A DNA stretch of 64,000 bases. Source: Mobula hypostoma (taxonomy: Eukaryota). Below the pieces are notes generated by a model. That model was not told the origin of the DNA, did not search any database, and worked only from the letters and a program-made list of their open reading frames with translations. The translations under genes were made by a program, and so were the position numbers. Positions 47,833 to 64,000 of this stretch are shown here, piece by piece; the first letter of the stretch is position 1, and each line of letters opens with the position of its first letter. The stretch is taken from NCBI RefSeq assembly GCF_963921235.1, contig NC_086117.1, forward strand, positions 52,018,001-52,082,000, read 5' to 3'.

Positions 47833-49452
47833 CAGGGGTCCCCAACCTTTTTTGCACCGCGGACCGGCCGACCCCGGGGGGGGGGGTGTTAATCACGACC
47901 GGAATATAGGCTATAAGTCAACTATAAGTGGCTAATACACTCAATTTCGTTTCTAAAAGGGTTTATCTAACGAATTTAACATTAAACTCACAGCGCATAT
48001 TTTTCCCGCATGAATATATTGATAAGTCAATTATAAGACACTTTATAAGTCAATAGCATCATAACATTTTAAGTAACGTTTGGATATTAAACACACAGCG
48101 CTTATTTCCCCCGTATGAACATATAAAATCATTGCAACCCACCAATATCGCTGAATCAGTGGGAGCCCTGGGCTTTTCCTGCAACAAGACGGTCCTATCG
48201 AGGGGTGATGGGAGACAGCGATACTCGAAGGGGGTTCCTTATGTCCATCCTATTCTGCAATTTAGTTTTCGTTGCATTTATTGCAGAAAATCCCGCTTCT
48301 CAGAGATAAGATGTTGGAAATGGAAGGAACGTTTTCAGTGCTTTCGTGGCCATCTCAGGATATTCAGCCTGGACTTTGATCCAGAATGCCGGCAGAGATG
48401 TTATGTCAAACATACTTCTCAGCCCATCGTCATTTGCAAGCTCGAGGAGCTGATCTTCTTCCCGCGCTGACATGGATGATTCACTGGGGACATTCACAAA
48501 TGGGTCACGGACTGGGTCATTTGCGGTTGGGAAGTAACGCTCGAATTCTGTCGACAGCGAAGAAAGGTGATGGCGCACCAGCTGTGAGAAAGACGGTGCA
48601 GCCTCAGTCTCTCCCAAAATCCCAGCTAATGTTGGGAACATGTCAAATATGCCCCTGTCCACTCGCCGTCCCCACAGTTCCAGTTTGGCTTTGAAAGCAG
48701 ACACTTTATCTGCCAACTTGAAGACAGTTGTCATTCTCCCCTGAAGTGACAAATTGAGTTCATTGAGCAGGTTGAAGATGTCACACAGATAAGCGAGTTT
48801 TGCTGTCCACTCCTCGTCACTGAAGCGTGCTGCCAGTGGTGACTTTTTCCCTGAAAGAAATCTCTGTAGCTGCTCTCTTAACTCAAAAACCCTGGCCGGG
48901 GCTCTCCCCCTTGATAGCCACCTGACTTCAGTGTGTAAGAGAAGTGTTTGTGCTCTGCATCAATTTCCTCGCAAAGCTGCTCAAACAAACGTTTCTTAGC
49001 CTTAGTAATACGGCTAGTCACTAAGTACGACGCTCTCAGAGCAGCAGCATTTGGTGGCTCTCAGCACTTGCTTCTGTCCGCTTGCTCACGATTTTTCCGC
49101 TCAAAAAACTCAACGGGTTTGTCTTTAAGTACACAGGGTGTTTGGACTCAAGGTGACGAAGCAGTTTTGAGGGCTTCATTGCCTCATTAGACAGCTTGTC
49201 TTCACCTATCACACACAGGGGGCTTGGAGCGTGCGAGTCACCGGTCGCAATAAAACCATATTTTATGTACGACTCGTCGTATTTTCTGTTGAAGGAAGCT
49301 TTCTTTTATTTTTGTAGTCTCGGCTTCAGCTGCCTCTGCGTTATCATCATCTACCACCTCTTCCAAGAAAAGTCTCAAGCGACGTTTGTTTTTTACTCAT
49401 CATACCGCCAGATCATATCGCTTCCTCGCGGCCCGGTGGTTGGAAACCACTG
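47833..49452 (-). mobile_element. Internally deleted hAT transposon, Buster/Charlie subfamily (ZBED5/SCAND3-like transposase), 8-bp TSD aataaaag
   Basis: TIRs caggggtccccaacc / ggttggaaaccactg; TSD at 47825-47832 and 49453-49460; MSKKQTSLETF start at 49400; BED-finger remnant RKYDESYIKYGF..PLCVI..LSNEAMKPSKLLRHLESKH; C-terminal FWIKV..EYPE..LPFPTSYL; frameshifted; splits an older LINE fragment. Confidence 0.92.
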
Positions 49453-52400
49453 AATAAAAGCAAGCATTCCATAAGCCTTCTTAACCACCTCATTGTCCTG
49501 TGCAGCAACTATCAAGGAGCTGTGAACTTGGACCCCAACATCTCTCTGCTCAGCAGCAGGAGACGGGATGGTAAACTACAGGTACAAAAAGTGCAGAAGA
49601 CAACAAACTGCAAATGCAAATATAAATAGATAGCAAAAAATAACCGAACTTGAGATAAAGGGTACTTAAAGTGAGATCAATGGTTGTGAGAACATCTCAA
49701 TAGATGAGCAAGTTATCTCCTTTGGTTCAACAGCCCGATGGTTGAGGAGGAGTAACTGTTTTTGAACCTGGGAGTGCGAGACCTGAGGCTCTTGTCCCTT
49801 CTACTTGATGGCAGCAGCGAGAAGAGAGCATCGCCTGGGCGGTGAATGCCTCTGATGATGGATGTTGCGGCAGGATTTCATGTAGATGTGCTCAATGGGT
49901 GGGAGGGCTTTACCTCTGAGGTACAAACGTTTGTACTAGGCTGAATCCACTACCTTTTGTAGGATTTTCCTTTCAAAAACATTGGTGTTTCCACACAAGT
50001 ATCATCATGCACATCTTCTGGTCCTTGAACCTGGTGGTGCATTGTGAAGAAGAGAACACATCTTTTTTGGGGGGGGGGGAGGAGGGGAGCGGGGAGAGGG
50101 AAGAGGGGGAGGAAGAAAAATAATTCAATGATTCAGGTCGGCAGCCGGGTGGTAGACGTGGGTAAGCAGTAACCACAAACATCGAAGGGCCAGCCCTGTC
50201 CACACCAACAGGGTTCCCAACCCCATTGTTTCAATATTTTATTAAACTGTCTTCGGCATATTCATTGCCACCAAAGTGCTCTGTGGTAGTAACTTCCAAA
50301 GATTATCTCCACTGATATATCGCTGTTTATTTTATTGTGCAAGTTATGTAGTTTATGTTAACTGTTTATTCTGCTTCTGCTGCCAACAGTTAATTTTCAT
50401 GCCATTTATGTGGCGGGTATGAATGCCTGTGATAATAAACTTCAATTCGGAATGTGCAATTATGTACCTGAAATGATACCACCAGTTCGAGAGAACTCCA
50501 CTATCTTGTACCTCACCTTCTCTCCAGCCACCCACAATCTTGTTCAGAATCAGATTTAATATCACTGGCATATGTCATCAAATTTGCCGTTTTGTGGCAG
50601 CAGTACATTGAAATACGTAATGATACTAACTGTGAATTAAAGTGTATATGTGTGTATATATATGATAAATAAGTAGTGCAAAAAGAAAAATTAAAAGTAG
50701 TGAAGTAGTATCATGAAATATCCATTCAGAAATCTGATGGCAAAGGGGAAGAAGCTATTCCTGAATTGGTGGACCTCGCTGGCTCTGTTATAGGGGTCAA
50801 ACTGGACACACTGGAGGCTGTGGTAGAATAAAGGACCCCACGGAAAACCCTGGCTATTCTGGGCAATGTTTCTCTCCCTCTGCGTGCCACCTTGGCTGAA
50901 CAGAGGAGCACTTTTAGTAATAGACTAAGACAACTGTGCTGCTCCAAGGAGCGCTATACGAGGTCATTTTTACCCTCAGCCTTTAGGCTCTATAATGTCA
51001 ACCTATAGCTGGGGATGTGATGACCCCCTCCTGTTAGACTGTTTGAGGTAACTTTTTAAAAAACTCTTTATTACTTCTAATATTTGTATATCTGTGCACT
51101 GGTAATACTCCCGTGACACTGTAATGTCTTTTGGGATCAATAAAGTATCTATCAATTCTTCTAAACGCCCATCAGCATAGGCCCAACTTTCTTCGTACAT
51201 AACCAGTTCATTCTGGGAATCAGCTTAGTAAATCTGCTCCGCACTGCTTCCAATTAATGTTTTTGTCCCCTTCCTTAAAGATGGCGATTTACACTGTACA
51301 GAGTTCCCAGGTGAAAACTCACCAGTTCTTTTAAATTTGTACTTAAACTTACCTTTAAGTTCCATTTTCCTTGCAAAAGGACCTATTGTTTGTTTGACAT
51401 GTTGATAGTATATCACATTTATAGTCCTTTTATTCCAACGTATTGCAGTCTCAGTTCATTTTTATAACAATGCTCTCCGCACAACTTGGGAATGCACCCC
51501 AGATGAAGGAACTTAATATAAACTAATGATTACTTTATTAATAACACTTATACACCTATTCTGTTTTTTAAAAAAGGGTGAACAATCACCGCAAACAAGG
51601 AAGAGGCGAGCGAAGGTGAGGCCCAGTCAAGAATCGAAGCGTGCGGGTGCAAGACAGAGTCAGGACATGCGGAGTGGAGGAGAGGTACATTCACAGCCCG
51701 TCTCCCTAAACCGAGACTGAGGTTTGATCAATCTAAGCACCGGCCTGATTCAAACATGACAGTGGGGTCCAGGGCCAGAGCGTATCGATGCCACAGGTCT
51801 CAGGTCCTAGAGCGAGGAACAACCTGATCTTTGGACGATTTGAACACTGGGCCAGATAGATTGAAAAGACTGGGTGTTGGGACCCGAGAAAAGGTCGGGC
51901 CGGCTCTGCTCGCTGCTCCACAACATTTACTCCGCTGTGTGATGAACGGAGGCCGAAGCCTGCTCCGGGCTCCGTGTCTGCGGACCCACTTTCATTCTAA
52001 ATGCTATTTGCTTACTTTGACAGTTTGCACAATTTGGTTTTGTGGCTGTCTGTAAGGAGACGAATCTCAAGGTTGTATAATATGCGTACACACTTTAATA
52101 ATAAATCTACTTTGAATGATTTGATAGGGTGTCCAGGAAGGGGTGGTACCTCTGGTGAAAGGACTTGTGTCCAGTCTGGGGCAGCTCTCACCTGTGGCTG
52201 CGAGTAGCTCGTTTGTGACAGCGGCCACACCCAAGTACACCGCTTCGACAGACAGGTCTCATTCCCTGGTGAGAGAGGAAAATGCCCATCCTTGCATGTG
52301 AAGTCAGCTTCAGCGGACTGGGCAGATGAGATCCAACGGCCAGGAAGGAGGCTCTGCAACACTCCACGGACAGCAAAGGGCATGACAAGGCACAGAAGTA

Positions 52401-53399
52401 GTCATGGCCATCCACTGCCCCCCTGTTTGTGATGGATGCTTGTACCACTGGACCCAGTGAATGGAAATGACACAGTGCTATAGCTTTACCACTTTTTAAA
52501 AATCTCTCCTGCACAAGTTTCTTGTCATCAAATACGACGGACAACTACCACCAATGATACCATTTACCACAACTCTCTGCCGTGAGTTTCCCGTTGTCCA
52601 TGCAAATTTATCACCCAAAAGTTTGGTCTTTCCATAGCGTTCATGAGCACAGGACAGGTTAGGTCAGATGAGACCAATGGGCTGTGCAACAACACAACAA
52701 TATTACTAATAAGGAGATTAGAAGTACTATAACTCTCTAGTCACCAGGAAAGAGTGACTTAACTAGGGTGGTTGAGATTGAGGGGAGAATTTATCCATAA
52801 AATAATGAAAGATAATTTCAGTTCAGCTAGTTGTAATCTGTTTTTAATACTTTTAAAAAAAAAAGCTGTTTGTTGAATTAATACAGGACTAACATTGTAG
52901 TTTTAAATTAACATTATTAACTGCATTTTTCACAATGTGACATTGGTCTCCACCTACTGGTGGCAAAGGGGTATTGCCGTGATATAACAGTTTATCATTT
53001 CTTTTTCTTTAGCGAAGTGATAGCACATGATACATGTTGTGTCTGTGCATCTTTTAATTGGCCCTTTGCTTATCTTAATAATGCAGCCTCATCTCAGCAT
53101 AAAAGTGTCAATCTGCAAAAATCACCATCTTGTCTTTGCCTTAGCCTTAGGTTCCTTCTCGTTAGTTTCCTGTTTTGGACATGAAGCAAAGAATCTATGG
53201 ATTGGAAAATCACCAGATCCCACAACCCTATCTGAATCAGTTTCCCTAGAGTTCAGAACTGGAAAGCATGCAAGAGTTAATTAGTAGAAGGAGTAGAGGC
53301 ACATGGCCTAAAAAGAACCTCCCAATATAGCAGGAGATGTGAACTTCAGTGAAAATCAAGAAAGGAACAGGCAATTCCACTCAGTCTACACTGAGCACA

Positions 53400-54030
53400 A
53401 TGCCTGACTTCTTAACTCCTTCCTTTCCAGTTCTAATGAAAGGGCTCAGCCTGAAATGTCAACTGTTTATTCCCATCCATAGATGCTGCCTGGCCTGTTG
53501 AGTTTCTCCAGTACATTGTGTATTTGCCAAATTAAACTAAATACATTCTGACATGCTAGTCCATGGCCTCCTTGTGTGCCAAGATGAAGCCATCTCAGTG
53601 TAGAGGAGCAACACCTTATATTCCATCTGGGTAGCCTCCAACCTGAAGGCATGAATGTCGATTTCTCTGTCTGGTAAAAATAATTCTCCCTCCCCCTCTC
53701 CTTTTCTATTCCCCTATCTGGCCACTTGCTTCTTCTCCCCTGCCTATCACCTCCACCTGCCCTTTGTCCTATGACCCACTCTATCAGATTCTTTCCTCTC
53801 CAACCCTTTACTTTTCCCACCCACCTCGTTTCACCGATCACCTTCCAGCTAGCCTCCTTCCCCTCCCCCCATCTTTTTATTCTGGCATTTTCCCCCTTCC
53901 TTTCCAGTCCTGACAAAGAGTCTCAGCCCGAAACGTCGAACGTCATTTCCATGGATGCTGCCAGACCTGCTGAGTTCCTTCGGTATTTTGTGTGTTACTC
54001 TGAATTTCCAACATCTGCAGAACTTCTTCT
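53400..54030 (+). mobile_element. Penelope-like element fragments
   Basis: gatgaagccatctcagtgtagaggagcaacaccttatattccatctgggtagcctccaacctgaaggcatgaa; terminal gatgctgcc..cctgctgagttcctt. Confidence 0.75.
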
Positions 54031-54481
54031 GTTTATTATTAAACAAAAAAATAACCAAAATTGGAAGGCACATTTGAGTCAACACTTAAATACAGCCCTT
54101 TGGAAACATAGTGGGCAGAAACTTCCTACAACATCCAGCACAGGCTGACGTTGTGGGAGCTCTGACTGAAGCACCATAAGAACCAGAGTGAAATAAAGAT
54201 GGAAGAAAGATTGAATAGCATGAAACTATTGTAGACAATTGCAAGTAAGTAAAATCAAGAAATTATCTAGATATTTGTTTTAAATTCCAGTTTTTATTAC
54301 AAAAAAGTAACTGGTCCAGGTCTGCTTCATTTCAGCTGTACAAAACCTGATCTGTAAAAAGGATCCCAGTCGTATAGAAGGGAAACAGTAAACTGAGATG
54401 CATTGGATAAATGTCTCAGTGGGCTAAATTTCAACAGGTATTTTGTTTTAAACACAGGTTTCAGAAGGTAACCCTCCAGCA

Positions 54482-54561
54482 CAGGGGTTCCCAACCTGGG
54501 GTCCACAGACCCCTTGCTTAATGGTATTGGTCCACAGCATAAAAAAGGTTGGGAACCCCTG
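54482..54561. mobile_element. hAT MITE, 80 bp, with perfect TIRs
   Basis: caggggttcccaacct ... aggttgggaacccctg; degenerate TSD ctccagca/ctcttgca. Confidence 0.85.
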
Positions 54562-56914
54562 CTCTTGCATATACATTTGCTGCTTGCAAGGGTTAAACAT
54601 GCATCTGCATTTAAATTTTCAGACATTACACGGTGATCCACAAGTCAATGCTTCAATAACAAGCAAACAGCACACACTGTTAGCTTCAATCCCTGAACTA
54701 CAGATCAACTTGGTTCAGTGGTCAGGCAAGTCTCTCCAGCAACTTCACACAATTCTATAAAATCCCCAGCAATCTCTCATTCTAAGCCAAGAGCACTCTA
54801 CCTCATGCTACAGGAATATTTACTCTTTTAACCAATGTCAGAAAGCTGGTCGTATAGCCATGGTGACGCTGCCATCTCTGGAGCCACAGAACATAATCCA
54901 GTTGCTGCATCTCTAACATTTAAGTGATTTCATTAGCTGTGTACGTTGGGGCAGAAGGTGGATGGTACTGCATAAATGCATATCTTTCCTTCACACTACA
55001 CCATGTGAATTAATGGTATATGCTTGTCCTACAAGGAGTAGTAGGATTATTCAGACAGACAACCAGGCTTGTGGTTGGTACGAATCAATGTGTCAGGACA
55101 GAGATTAAATAAAATGTTATAAGGAAAACGGTTTATTAGCCATTTCCCATTTATTTTGCACTGTCCCCAATTTAACCCTAACCTAATCAGGGGCAATTTA
55201 CAATGACCGATTAACCTACTCAGTACGTCTTTGGACTGTGGGAGGAAACCCCACACATTGCACAGAGGACGTACAGAGAACAGTGCCAGAATTGAACTCT
55301 GAACTCCAGACTACCTCAAGCTGCAATAGTGTTTCCCAAACGAACCATCAAACATTCAGACTACATTGACACTGAACAATATGTTGTTTGGGTAATCAAA
55401 TGTGAGCAGCCACAGATTCTCAAGAAGCTGACTCTGATTACATGCATCTCAATGGCAGAGGCAAATGGAGTTCCATCACTGACCTCAGATACTGGCACTG
55501 ACAAGTTACACAGCAGAAACTCTTTCCGGTATTAAATGCTGCTTGCTTCTGTCTGCTACAAAGATTGTTGGAAAGAGGGCCTGAAAATCAAATTCTGAAA
55601 CAGCTGTAGCCCAGATAATTCTGGTGAAACAAGGGAAATGGACGATGTTTTGCCATCTTGGTTGGACCTTTAAAACAAATCAAAAAGGCAGGCTTGTGCA
55701 CTTTGTGGAAATCAACAACATAGAGGACGAAATTCAATTCAGTCATGCGGCCATTATAAGCCAATGACTGTGAGAGAGCTTCAAACTGCCGCATCACAGG
55801 AACTTTGTGGAGCCGATCATACAAACTTACCACGGACTCTACTATTAACTACAATTGCACTAACCAATTCGCTTACTGCATCAATCATGGTCTCTTCCGC
55901 CATGGACTCCAACCATCAACCAAAGGGTCTGAAGACCCCGATCTACAGAGATGGCAGTGAACATCTGAAACTTCTTATCAAGACCAAAACCTCCCTTTGG
56001 TGTGTAGCCCCTCACCATTTTAGTGTCATTTTTCTGTATTTGTCGCCTCATTCTTCGCACTCTGAGATAGAGCTAACCAATGAAACACTGGGAAAGTGCT
56101 ACCGAGTTGCCGACTGTTTAATCAGGTTATCAATCCAATGATACCACTGATAAATTAAAACACTTTCAGCAAACATGTTAATATTGATTTAAATCATGCA
56201 TGAGTCTAGAGTCGCTCAGCGGAAGGGTGAAGGACGGGACTAGATGTCTGCCCTGTCAGTATTTAAAGCAGGCCTGCCTCTTTGTTCTTAAAAATTACAT
56301 TTGGCTCATACAAACGGATACCTGATAATGAACACTGTAAATCGTCAAAGAACATGGCCACAAGATTTACCAAGTACTTTTATATAGATTGGAATCTAGA
56401 AACCAAACAAGTACAAGTCCCTCACATTCACAAAGAACAGAAAACAAACACCGAAAACTCCACAGCCTCCCCTGGAGGTTTAAAAGCAAATGTAGTATTA
56501 ACTATACATTAGCATGTGGCTATTTCATTGGAGACATTCAAACTTTAATTTACATCAGTCACATCAGTGAGTTAAAAGACACTGGAAAAGAATTAGCAGA
56601 CACAGCAGCATTTCCTTTAAGATTAAGTTTTATAAACCCGATCTTTTGAAAGTTTCACAATCTCACAAGCATTTTCAATCATAAGTCTTCATAGGCAGAA
56701 AATCCAGTCCAATTCCAAGGTATTGCCCAAGTATCCTGGACAAAATAAGGCTGCACAGACAGGGTCCATTTGTACAGTAACGTACCCAGTCACAGAGGAT
56801 GTGCAGACGTGCCAAGACTGAACATGAACAGCTCTGACTGGCAATTTAGATAGTAATATTCCACTGAAAACTCTAGCATGAAATATTTTAATATCTGTGC
56901 CACTGTTATAGCAT

Positions 56915-56920
56915 TTTATT
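56915..56920 (-). terminator. Candidate TMED2 polyadenylation signal AATAAA
   Basis: tttatt on +, ~1.36 kb after the stop in a repeat-free AT-rich UTR; ATTAAA ~25 nt further on. Confidence 0.5.
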
Positions 56921-58274
56921 GTTATAAATGTTACCCTTCCCCAAAATCTCTTCACTGCTCTGGGGAATTTCATCATAGCTGGGCAAGGAGTACAGTTAAT
57001 GAAGAGGGCAGGGAGAACCCCAGCCAATTATTCCGAACAGCGAAACAAGACAGCAAAACAAACAGTGCATATCACAACCAAAGTCGGACAATCTGTCTGC
57101 TAGGTCAGAGGTCATCAATGGAATCGGGTCACTGTACAACCCACCAGTGATCATGTTAAATTGCAACACTTCTGGAATCTGGTAACATTCTCTTTAGTTA
57201 ATGTAAGTAAGCCCGACAGTGAACTGTCCAGGTGGTGGATTGGGTTGTCTTAGCTTACTGAGAGAAAGTTAAACCGCGACGTCAAAAACAAAAAGGTAAA
57301 CCTTTAACCTGAAATAACTTGCAGAAAATTGTTGAAGAGATGTTTCAAAAGACCAAGCATATTAAACTTATTCATTCTATAGTCACAGTAGCTCATATTC
57401 CTAATGTTTTCCTGTGTTTCCAATTTAACCCAATGTTTCCAATTACCGCAAAGCAATTAAAGTGGATGTTTATAATCTACACTCATAACCTCATACTCCC
57501 AGCAGCAAATTTGGTTTCAGTGGTGAAAAACAGAATGAAATGACAAAGAAAGACTACAAGAGACATGATTGAAGTGGCTGTACAGTATACAAAAAAACCT
57601 ACAGTTCAGCTACTGAACCAACTGTAAATTTCCAGAGAGCGTCAAATATACAACCACTTTACAAGGACCAATAATCTTCCAAAAGGAAACTTACACAAAA
57701 ATGATTTCCAAAACAGTAAAAGGGATTTACGATCTTTTCTAAGGTATAAACTGATCTAGAGTAAAGATTTTCTGTACAGTTGTGGCACTGTGAAGCAATT
57801 TGACAGTGCTGCCCCTAGATTGCTGTCAAATGTAAAACTATGTCCTCGAAACAAGATGATAAACTGTAACTGAAAATAAATTGTAGAAAACTGAATGAGT
57901 TTTAAGGTGTACGCACACTAGTCACATCTCAATCAGTAACTCATGTACCTAATGCCTTTGCTTTTTAAGCCCATCAGTAATGTTACCAATTCCAGCGAAG
58001 CAAATTAAAGCGTACTTAGAAGGAATTTGTTTTGATTTTTCAGGATCTGAATTGATTGGAGCATCAAAAGTCTCCTACAATGTAACTCCTGGCCTCTACA
58101 AAATTCTGTTAAACCCACAGACTCCCAACATACTTCAAAGGGTGTTAATATAAACAGCAGTAAAAGATCATTAACAGTGCGCAAAAGGGTTTCAGTCAAG
58201 TGACAACGTAATAAAAGCGGTTGTGACCAGATACTTTTCAAACTGTTTCTTCCATGCTGAATGTCTGCACGTGG

Positions 58275-61058
<2,784 letters not shown>

Positions 61059-62689
61059 CTGAAGGGAAAGGTAAACAGAAGGACAAGGGATAAATACAAC
61101 TCCAAAGTAAAGAAACAGAAAGCAAAACAGGGCAATGAATTCAATGTCCTGATATTATATGTGTGTCCTCGGCTTTCAGAAATGTAGCCTTATGCAGTTC
61201 AACATTTGCACTGGCAGATGTACGTAGACACAGGCACCAAAGTGAAAATGCCTGAGGAATGTTTACAAACAGCTGCTAAAGACTATAAGATAATATATAG
61301 GAGCAGAATTGGCCCGTTGAGTCTGCTTTGCCATTTCATCATGGCTGATCCATTTCCCTTTCAGCCACAATCTCCTGCCTTTTCCTCGTATCTCTTCATG
61401 CCCTGACTAATCAAGAATCCACCAAAGCTGCCTGTGGTAATGAATTCCACAGATACACCACAATCTGGCTTTAAGAAATTCCTCCTCGTTTCTGTTCTAA
61501 ATGGACTCCCTCTATTCTGAGGCTGTATCCTCCAGTCTTAGACTCCTCACACTTTAGGAAACATCTTCTCCACACCCACTCTATCAAGGCAACATTTAAT
61601 AGGCACACACTGGCTTGCTTTAGCACCAAGAGCTATAAACTCATCGATGTTAGTCATGGATAGAGGACACTCAGCCCTTCACCAACATACTGACCCATTC
61701 ATATTAACCCTCATCCTCCAGCACTGAGATCACAGCCTTCACTAGTTTATCTAAACACCTCCTAAATGCTTTAGGCAACTGTTTCTACCTGTTTCCCAGG
61801 ATGCATTCCACTCTCTGGCTGAAAATTTAACCCTCACCATTACCTTCCGGTTAGAAGAGGTGAGGGGAAGCTGGGTGGGGGTATGAAGTGAGAAGCTGAG
61901 AGGATGATAGGTGGAAAAGGCAAAGGGCTTGAGAAGGAGGCATTTGATAGGGAGAAAGGGAAGGAGGAGGGGCACCAGAGGGAGGTGATAGGTGAAAAAG
62001 GCAGAGGGCTGGATGAGGGTGCCAGCATCTGCAGAATCTGCTGTTCTATGATTTTTAACTATGTTATCTACCTGCAGCACCCCCTTCACTGACATTTAGA
62101 CTGGCCCTTTATTCCTCAATACTCCCAAGGTGATTACCATTGATACATGTTCCAACCTCAATAATACACCCATAGAACATCACCATTTCTCAGCCCATTC
62201 CACCAACACCCAGGAACTGAACACTACCCTCCACAACATTAACTTCACTGATCTGCGAACTTGCTGATCACGCCACCTACATCCACATCCAAGTCACTTA
62301 CATTTGTTCTAAAGAAGGCTGCCAGCACTGCTGTCTGTGAAACGCCACCACAGTACCATCAGACACACTAACCCACCCCTCCACACCCCAAACCACCACT
62401 ACTTTCACTTCCTGTCAGAGTCACCTAAGGTACAGACACCTGTGCCTAGTCTCACTTTATGGACAGTCAGTCTATAAGCCATCTTATGTATTTATATTTA
62501 TTGTGGTATTTTTCTTAATTATTCTACTTTTTATACTACTGTGTTTTTTTATGCTGATTTGGATCCAGAGTAACAGTTATTTTTTCTCCGTTACAAATGC
62601 GTATTGGAAATGACATCAAACAACCATGAATCAGCCTCAGTATCCGACTGCCAGGGCAATTTTGGATCCAATTCCCCGGCCTGCTGAGG

Positions 62690-63060
62690 CTCCCTAAGAA
62701 CCCCAACAGTTTGGCCCAGTCTCCCAAGTGAAACCTTGTCGAAAGCTTTACTGAAATCCATGTAAATCACATCTGTGCTCTCAAGAATGTACCAGGCAAA
62801 GTCAGACTGGCAGCCCACGGGCAGTCACTGCCACGTTAATTGTCTCTGGTCAGTCCCCGACTTTCCAGGCGATCATTAATCCTCTCCCTCAGAATGTTTC
62901 CCTAATACTGATGTTACACTCACAGGGAAAACCCTGTGGTTGCCAGGCTTTTCTTTGCTGCCTGCATTGAGAAGAGGAACCATATTTGCTGTCCTCCAGA
63001 CATCTAGGACCTCACGTGTCAGTGAAGATTTAAAACTCTCAACCAGAACCCGAACAATCC
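62690..63060 (-). mobile_element. Old CR1-type RT fragment
   Basis: Minus frame DVIYMDFSKAFDKV. Confidence 0.7.
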
Positions 63061-64000
63061 CTTCTTTTCAACATTTAATCCCAAGTGACAAGAGAGAGAT
63101 CAGACCCATCACTTCAACTATTGCATCACCAAACTGGGATAAGATTCCAATCAAATGGTAAAGGCCACTCTAAAAATAGGTTTCTCGGATTAAATCAGAC
63201 CTCTTGTATGCAGCAGCAGGTAATTAAACATCTTTCATCTCTCTGAAGCCCAGACACACACAAGGGAAATCTTACACTACGAATCCTCTGAATCTTTAGC
63301 CAGGACTAAGCCATTTTTTTCTACTCCTATACACCTTAAATCATATCCTAAGATTTTTGGTGAATCAATTGGGCAAAGAATAACTGCACAATAAATTACA
63401 ATTTACCCAATGAGTCTTACGTTAGTTATTGTTCATTACAACCCTTGATACTTGAATCTCTCTCAGACCACTGGAGCTCACACTGAACAATCTTCCATAC
63501 ACAAACGCAGGCGCCTAGCCACATAACTAGAATTGCAGAAACACAAACTTCATTGTTACACTTCAACAAAAACATTCTGTTCTTTAAAACAGATCACCAG
63601 AAACAAAGGTGTCTACTGTGACAAGACCCCAACTGGTGCACAAATACCCTTTAGCAAGAGGTCTGCATGCGGCCCACGCCTTTTTGTGACTCTGACCAAT
63701 TGCTGTATGCGACCTTGACCCATGTTTTTCTGCGACTCTGACCCACATGGTCCCTGCCTGCTGTACCATTGGGGTAGAAAAGACAAACACGGAAACAGCA
63801 GCAACCGGACAGAAAGTGAAATTCAAAACACATCAGTTCCTTCAGAATAATTTCCTGCCTTGCAACTAAGAACCTTGGTTTAGGGTAAAGAAATTCTGAA
63901 ACTATCCCACTACCCAAACAACAAAAGCAAAGCCAAACAGCCTTTACATGGTACTTCAGATATAACTCTGCACAATCCACATTTTCCTGTTAAACCCTCC

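Noticed and set aside
48300-48752. Domesticated ZBED5/SCAND3-like host gene
   Set aside because: Frameshifted, internally deleted and bounded by TIRs and a TSD, so a transposon relic

Overview
Vertebrate genomic DNA, not prokaryotic. The repeat content (CR1/L2 LINEs, V-SINE/HE1-like SINEs, Penelope fragments) suggests a cartilaginous fish, probably a ray; this is an inference. The window holds the conserved block GTF2H3-EIF2B1-DDX55-TMED2. It contains the first coding exon of GTF2H3 (-), head-to-head with a complete 9-exon EIF2B1 (+, 302 aa), a complete convergent 14-exon DDX55 (-, 575 aa), and the 3' half of TMED2 (-) including a 21-nt microexon. All exons were assembled by hand with GT-AG boundaries and consistent phase. 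Introns are inflated by six unrelated tandem arrays (largest 8.45 kb), a young 5'-truncated L1 next to a DDX55 donor site, small hAT MITEs and many LINE/SINE fragments. An internally deleted Buster-type hAT lies just upstream of DDX55. Most ORFs in the supplied track are repeat artefacts. The best leads are splicing-related: a candidate NMD-coupled alternative donor with a stem-loop in DDX55 intron 8, a duplicated DDX55 last-exon acceptor that could exonise an antisense CR1, and the TMED2 microexon. No wholly new biological system can be established from sequence alone.
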